Shown here piece after piece: positions 27,882 to 32,000 of a stretch of DNA of 32,000 bases. Positions within the stretch are counted from its first letter, which is position 1. Each line of letters opens with the position of its first letter. A model generated the notes under the pieces. The model searched no databases. It had not been told where the DNA came from and was given only the letters and a program-made list of their open reading frames with translations. A program made the translations under genes and the position numbers. The stretch comes from Alkalilimnicola ehrlichii MLHE-1. GTDB lineage: Bacteria > Pseudomonadota > Gammaproteobacteria > Nitrococcales > Halorhodospiraceae. The DNA is taken from contig NC_008340.1 of NCBI RefSeq assembly GCF_000014785.1, positions 2,640,001 through 2,672,000 on the forward strand, read 5' to 3'.

Positions 27882-28835
27882 CTACTCCTCCTGCGTCCGC
27901 TCATAGTGCCGGGGCCGCCCGCCGAGTACGGCGCTGACGATGCCCAGTTGGATGGCCCCACAATATATCAGGTCGATCCACACATGGCGGCGCCGGCCGC
28001 GCAGGCGCGCGCCGAGCAGGGCCAACGCCCTGAGGCCCTCGCGGGCCAGGTAGGCCGGCACGAAGCGGATGGCCGCCGGCAGCGGGCGGTCGATGAGGTG
28101 GACGCGGGTGACGGAGTTGCCCAGGCAGTAGCCCCGGCGCCACACCCAACGCCGGCTCAGGCGGGCGGCGGGCACCGTCTCGGTCACCGCCCCTGAGTTG
28201 GTCCAGTGGATGCGGGCACCCTGGCGGGCGAGCTGGCGGAAGAACAGGGTGTCCTCGCCGCCGCTGAGGGCAAGCCGCGGGTCGAAGCGCAGCCCGGAGC
28301 GGCGCAGCACCCCGGCACGGATCAGCGTGTTGCCGGTGGCGGCCCGGTGCAGGCGCTGGCCCTCCGCGTGGCGCTCGCCCTGAAACACCCGCGCCTCCCG
28401 TACCCAGCCGGGCGCCGAGTCGGGCAGCGCCCGGTGCACCGGGGCGGCGATGACATCCGCCCGGTGGCGGCGCCGGGCCGCCAGCAGGTCGCGCAGCCAG
28501 TCGGGGGGCGCGATCTCGTCGTCGTCGAGAAAGGCCAGGTAGTCGCACCCCGGCAGGGCCGCCTCCAGCGCCCGGTTGCGGGCATGGCTGATGCCCCGCT
28601 CCGGTGCCACCACGTGGTGCAACGGCCAGGGGTAGCCATCGCGCAGCGCATCACACACCGCCCCCGCCGGGCCCGCGGCGTCGTTGTCGACCACCCACAC
28701 CGCCACCCTGACCCCCTCCTCCCCGACCCGCTGCCCGGCCACACTCTGCAACGCCCGCCGCAACCCCTCCGGGCGGCGGTAGGTGGGGATGCAGACGTGG
28801 ATGCGGGTCGGCGCGTGGCCGGCAGGTCGTTTCAT
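27882..28835 (-). CDS. Glycosyltransferase family 2
   Basis: IHVCIPTYRRPEGLRRALQSVAG ... GISHARNRALEAALPGCDYLAFLDDDEIAPPDWL. Confidence 0.93.
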   Translation of the reverse strand: MKRPAGHAPTRIHVCIPTYRRPEGLRRALQSVAGQRVGEEGVRVAVWVVDNDAAGPAGAVCDALRDGYPWPLHHVVAPERGISHARNRALEAALPGCDYLAFLDDDEIAPPDWLRDLLAARRRHRADVIAAPVHRALPDSAPGWVREARVFQGERHAEGQRLHRAATGNTLIRAGVLRRSGLRFDPRLALSGGEDTLFFRQLARQGARIHWTNSGAVTETVPAARLSRRWVWRRGYCLGNSVTRVHLIDRPLPAAIRFVPAYLAREGLRALALLGARLRGRRRHVWIDLIYCGAIQLGIVSAVLGGRPRHYERTQEE

Positions 28836-29590
28836 ACCAGCCGGCGGTAAAGCGCCCCGGTAAGGTGGCAGCCGATGTACCAGGCGCTAGCCAGGGGGCC
28901 CGCTTGCTCCTGGTGGCGGTGAATGGCCCAGTTGGCCGCCAGGCGCCCGGGGAGGTTGCGGGACAGTGAGCCGGGGCGCACCCGGTAGAGGGCGGTGACC
29001 TCTCCGGCGGACTCGGCATGGCCGCCGTTGCGCAGCAGCGACAGCCAGAGGGCGTAGTCCTGGGAGCGGCGGAAGCCGTTCATGCGGATGGTGCCGGCCC
29101 GTTCCCGGTCGATGGCCACGGTGAGGCAGGCGATCCAGCAGCCACGGCGCAGCCGCTCGTAGTCCAGTCGCTCCGGCACCCGCACCACGCGGTTGGTGCG
29201 CTCACCGGCGGCATTGATCTTCTCGAAGGGCGAGTAGACCAGCACCGCGTCGCTGTGGCGCAGTTGGTCGGCCTGCAGCGCGAGCTTGTGAGGCAGCCAG
29301 CGGTCATCGGCGTCGAGGAAGGCGACGTAGCGCCCGCGCATCACCTTGAAGGCCTCGTTGCGCGCCGCCCCCGCACCGCCGTTCTCACGCCGGCGCACCA
29401 CCCGCACCCGGCTGTCCACCCGCGCCCGCGCCAGGGCCCGCTGAAGGCCCTGGTCGGTGGAGCCGTCGTCGACGATGATCTGCTCCCAGTCCTCCAGGGT
29501 CTGCGCGGCCACGGAGTCCATGCACTCGTCGATGTAGGCGCCGGAGTTGTAGAGGGGCGTGATGACGGAGAACAGTGGCTTCGCGGGCAT
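28832..29590 (-). CDS. Glycosyltransferase family 2
   Basis: FSVITPLYNSGAYIDECMDSVAAQTLEDWEQIIVDDGSTDQG ... YVAFLDADDRWLPHKL; ATGA overlap with 27882-28835. Confidence 0.94.
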   Translation of the reverse strand: MPAKPLFSVITPLYNSGAYIDECMDSVAAQTLEDWEQIIVDDGSTDQGLQRALARARVDSRVRVVRRRENGGAGAARNEAFKVMRGRYVAFLDADDRWLPHKLALQADQLRHSDAVLVYSPFEKINAAGERTNRVVRVPERLDYERLRRGCWIACLTVAIDRERAGTIRMNGFRRSQDYALWLSLLRNGGHAESAGEVTALYRVRPGSLSRNLPGRLAANWAIHRHQEQAGPLASAWYIGCHLTGALYRRLV

Positions 29591-29671
29591 ATTCCGTGGG
29601 CTTCCCTGTTTATACTAGAGCCTAGTGGTAATTCACCCGCAACGCGACCACCGAGGCCACCGACACCCGGC

Positions 29672-30565
29672 ATGCCCCCATCCAGCCCCCTTCCGGACTG
29701 TTCCGTGATCGTCCCCGTCTACCGCCAGTGGGACGCGGTGCGCCCGCTGCTGCGGGCCCTGGAGGCGCAATCGCTGGGGCTCGGGTGCTTTGAGGTGGTG
29801 CTGGTGGACAATGCCCCGGCCCCCTGCCCGCCCTACCCGCAGGCAGATCTGGACCTGCGGGTCATCCACTGCCCCCGGCCCGGCGCCTACGCGGCGCGCA
29901 ACGCCGGTCTGGCCGACGCCGCCGCGCCGGTGCTGGCCTTTACCGACGCCGATTGCCGGCCTGGGCCGGACTGGCTGGCCGAGGGCCTGCGGGTGCTGAA
30001 TGGGGGTGACCCCGGGCCCGACCTGGTGGCCGGCGCCATCGCCCTGCAGCCTGCCGACCCGGCCCGCCCCAATCTCTACGAGCAGTTCGACCTGCTGACC
30101 GGCATGCGCCAGGCCCGTTACGCCCGGCGCGGCTACGGCGCCACCGCCAACCTGCTGGTCCGGCGTGCGGTGTTCGAGGTCGTGGGCCCCTTCGATGCCG
30201 GTCGCTACTCGGGGGGCGACGCGGAGTTCTGCCGCCGGGCGGTGGCCGCCGGGCACGCCCTGCACTACGCTGCCGGGGCCGTGGTGGCGCACCCGGCCCG
30301 CGACAGTTGGCCTGCGCTGGCCGCCAAGGCCCGTCGGGTGAAGGGCGGCCAGATCGTCAACGGCCCCTACTGGCGGCGCGCCCTGTGGCTGCTGCGCACC
30401 CTGGCGCCGCCCGTCGACCACTGCGCCCGCCTGCTGCGCCATCCGCGTCCACCGGCCGCCCCGGCCCGCCGACTGCGGCTCTGCGGCCTGCGCCTGGGCC
30501 TGTGGGGGGTGGAACTGGCCGAGGTGATCCGCCTGAGCACCGGCGGCCGCCCCCGGCGCGGCTGA
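29672..30565 (+). CDS. Glycosyltransferase family 2
   Basis: MPPSSPLPDCSVIVPVYRQWDAVRPLLRALEAQSLGLGCFEVVLVDNAP ... YAARNAGLADAAAPVLAFTDADCRPGPDWLAEGL. The upstream extension of the tracked ORF to 29018 is antisense to a better-supported gene. Confidence 0.92.
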   Translation: MPPSSPLPDCSVIVPVYRQWDAVRPLLRALEAQSLGLGCFEVVLVDNAPAPCPPYPQADLDLRVIHCPRPGAYAARNAGLADAAAPVLAFTDADCRPGPDWLAEGLRVLNGGDPGPDLVAGAIALQPADPARPNLYEQFDLLTGMRQARYARRGYGATANLLVRRAVFEVVGPFDAGRYSGGDAEFCRRAVAAGHALHYAAGAVVAHPARDSWPALAAKARRVKGGQIVNGPYWRRALWLLRTLAPPVDHCARLLRHPRPPAAPARRLRLCGLRLGLWGVELAEVIRLSTGGRPRRG

Positions 30566-30639
30566 GGCAACGACGGCCCAGCGAGGCGATAATCATTCAT
30601 GGCCCCGCCCCACTCGCGGGCCGGCAGAAAAGGACAGCA

Positions 30640-32000
30640 TGCCCGAGATACTGCGCAAAACCCTGGACCTGCTCACCGCCCGCGAGAAGCGCCGTGGCGC
30701 GCTGGTGCTGGCGATGGTGGTGTGCATGGCGTTGCTGGAGACGGCGGGGGTGCTGTCGGTGGTGCCCTTTCTGGCGGTGCTGGGCAACCCGGAGGTGGTG
30801 CACAACCAGCCGTTGCTGGCGGCCGCCTTCCGCTGGTCCGGGCTGGAGCGGGTGCAGGCGTTTCTGATCCTGCTGGCGCTGCTGGTCTTCCTGCTGCAGG
30901 TGGTGGCGGCGGGTTTCCGTATGCTCACCCATTTCGTGCTCAACCGCTATATCGAGGGCCGCCGCCACAGCCTCAGCCAGCGGCTGCTGGAGACCTACCT
31001 GCGCCAGCCCTACACCTTCTTTCTCAACCGCAACAGCGCGGACATGACCAAGAGCATCCTCTCGGAGGTGGACATGTTCGTGCTGACGGTGATGCGCCCG
31101 CTGCTCTTCGCCACCGCCTACGCCATTGTCGCGCTGGCGATGATCGCCCTGCTGCTGTTCATCAACCCGTTGCTGGCCCTGGCGGTGGCGACCATCGTCG
31201 GCGGGCTGTACGCGCTGATGTTCCTGTCGGTGCGCGGCTGGCTGGGGCGGATCGGCCGCGAGCGCAGCCAGGCCAACCGCGAGCGCTTCGCCACCACCAG
31301 CGAGGTGCTGGGCGGGATCAAGGACATCAAGCTGCTGGGCCACGAGCAGGCCTATCTTTCGCGCTTCCGGCCGGCTTCGGCGCGCTTCACCCGCCACCTG
31401 GCCACCAGCGAGACGCTGGCCCAGATCCCGCGCTTCGCCATCGAGACGGTGGCGCTGGGCGGGGTGTTGATTCTCACCGTGGTGCTGATGGCCACCCACG
31501 GCGACGTGGGCGCCATGCTGCCCACCCTGGGGCTGTACGTATTCGCCGGTTACAAGCTGCTGCCGGCCATGCAGCATATCTATGCCGGGGTCAGTCGCAT
31601 GCGCTTTTCCGGTCAACTGGTGGCGGACATCCACGACGACCTGCGCGAGCGCCCGCGCCTGGCGCCCATCGACGGCGCACCGCCGGCACCGTTGCGGCCG
31701 CGGCGGGAGATCGCCCTGGAGGGCATCGATTTCACCTACCCCCAGGCCGATACCCCGGCCCTGCAGGGGATCGACCTGCACATCCCGGTGGGCCGGACGG
31801 TGGGGGTGGTGGGCAGCTCGGGCGCGGGCAAGACCACGCTGATCGATGTGCTGCTGGGGCTGCTGCTGCCCCAGGCGGGGCACATCCGGGTGGATGGCAC
31901 CGCCATCGATGACCGGCAGCGCCCGGCCTGGCGGCGGGCGTTGGGCTACGTGCCCCAGCATATCTTCCTGAGCGATGCCAGCGTGGCGGAGAACATCGCC
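30640..32000 (+). CDS. ABC transporter, fused permease/ATP-binding (polysaccharide/lipid flippase-like), 3' end outside window
   Basis: MPEILRKTLDLLTAREKRRGALVLAMVVCMALLETAGVLSVVPFLAVLG ... VGVVGSSGAGKTTLIDVLLGLLLPQAG (Walker A). Not on the ORF track because no stop is in the window; the tracked 30599-31912 ORF is an out-of-frame shadow. Confidence 0.9.

Noticed and set aside
29018-29671. N-terminal extension of the plus-strand GT2 ORF
   Set aside because: Antisense to the GT2 gene at 28832-29590; the GT2 fold clearly begins at MPPSSPLPDCSVIVPVYRQ (29672).
30599-31912. 437-aa plus-strand ORF
   Set aside because: Out of frame with the ABC transporter starting at 30640, which has a Walker A and clear transmembrane segments.

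Overview
High-GC gammaproteobacterial-type window dominated by surface-polysaccharide biosynthesis genes. From left to right: (1) an IS3-family element at the left edge, minus strand, with orfB running off the window. (2) Two visibly AT-richer genes, a surface-carbohydrate biosynthesis protein and a GT4 glycosyltransferase. (3) An IS pile-up: an IS3 orfA copy truncated by an IS21-family element, whose istB is in turn truncated by a full-length IS3 copy. (4) A glycan operon: glycosyltransferase remnant, GT4, AsnB-type amidotransferase, EpsG/Wzy-like membrane protein, GT4. (5) A convergent WecA/MraY-like phosphotransferase with an extra C-terminal region. (6) Sulfate activation genes cysQ-cysD-cysNC, then an AAA_14/DUF4143 ATPase directly preceded by a perfect 16-bp-arm hairpin, then an SLC13-type transporter. 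(7) Wzi-like capsule assembly protein and PBP7-like endopeptidase. (8) A second cluster of glycosyltransferases and an ABC flippase-like protein running off the right edge. Non-coding features of note are two clusters of an approx 80-bp palindromic dispersed repeat, a 29-bp tandem repeat, and two near-perfect hairpins with 3-nt loops, one at the ATPase start codon and one orphan. I do not see convincing evidence for a wholly new defence or mobile system. The hairpin/ATPase pairing is the strongest lead. All family calls are from recognisable motifs read by eye, with no database search.
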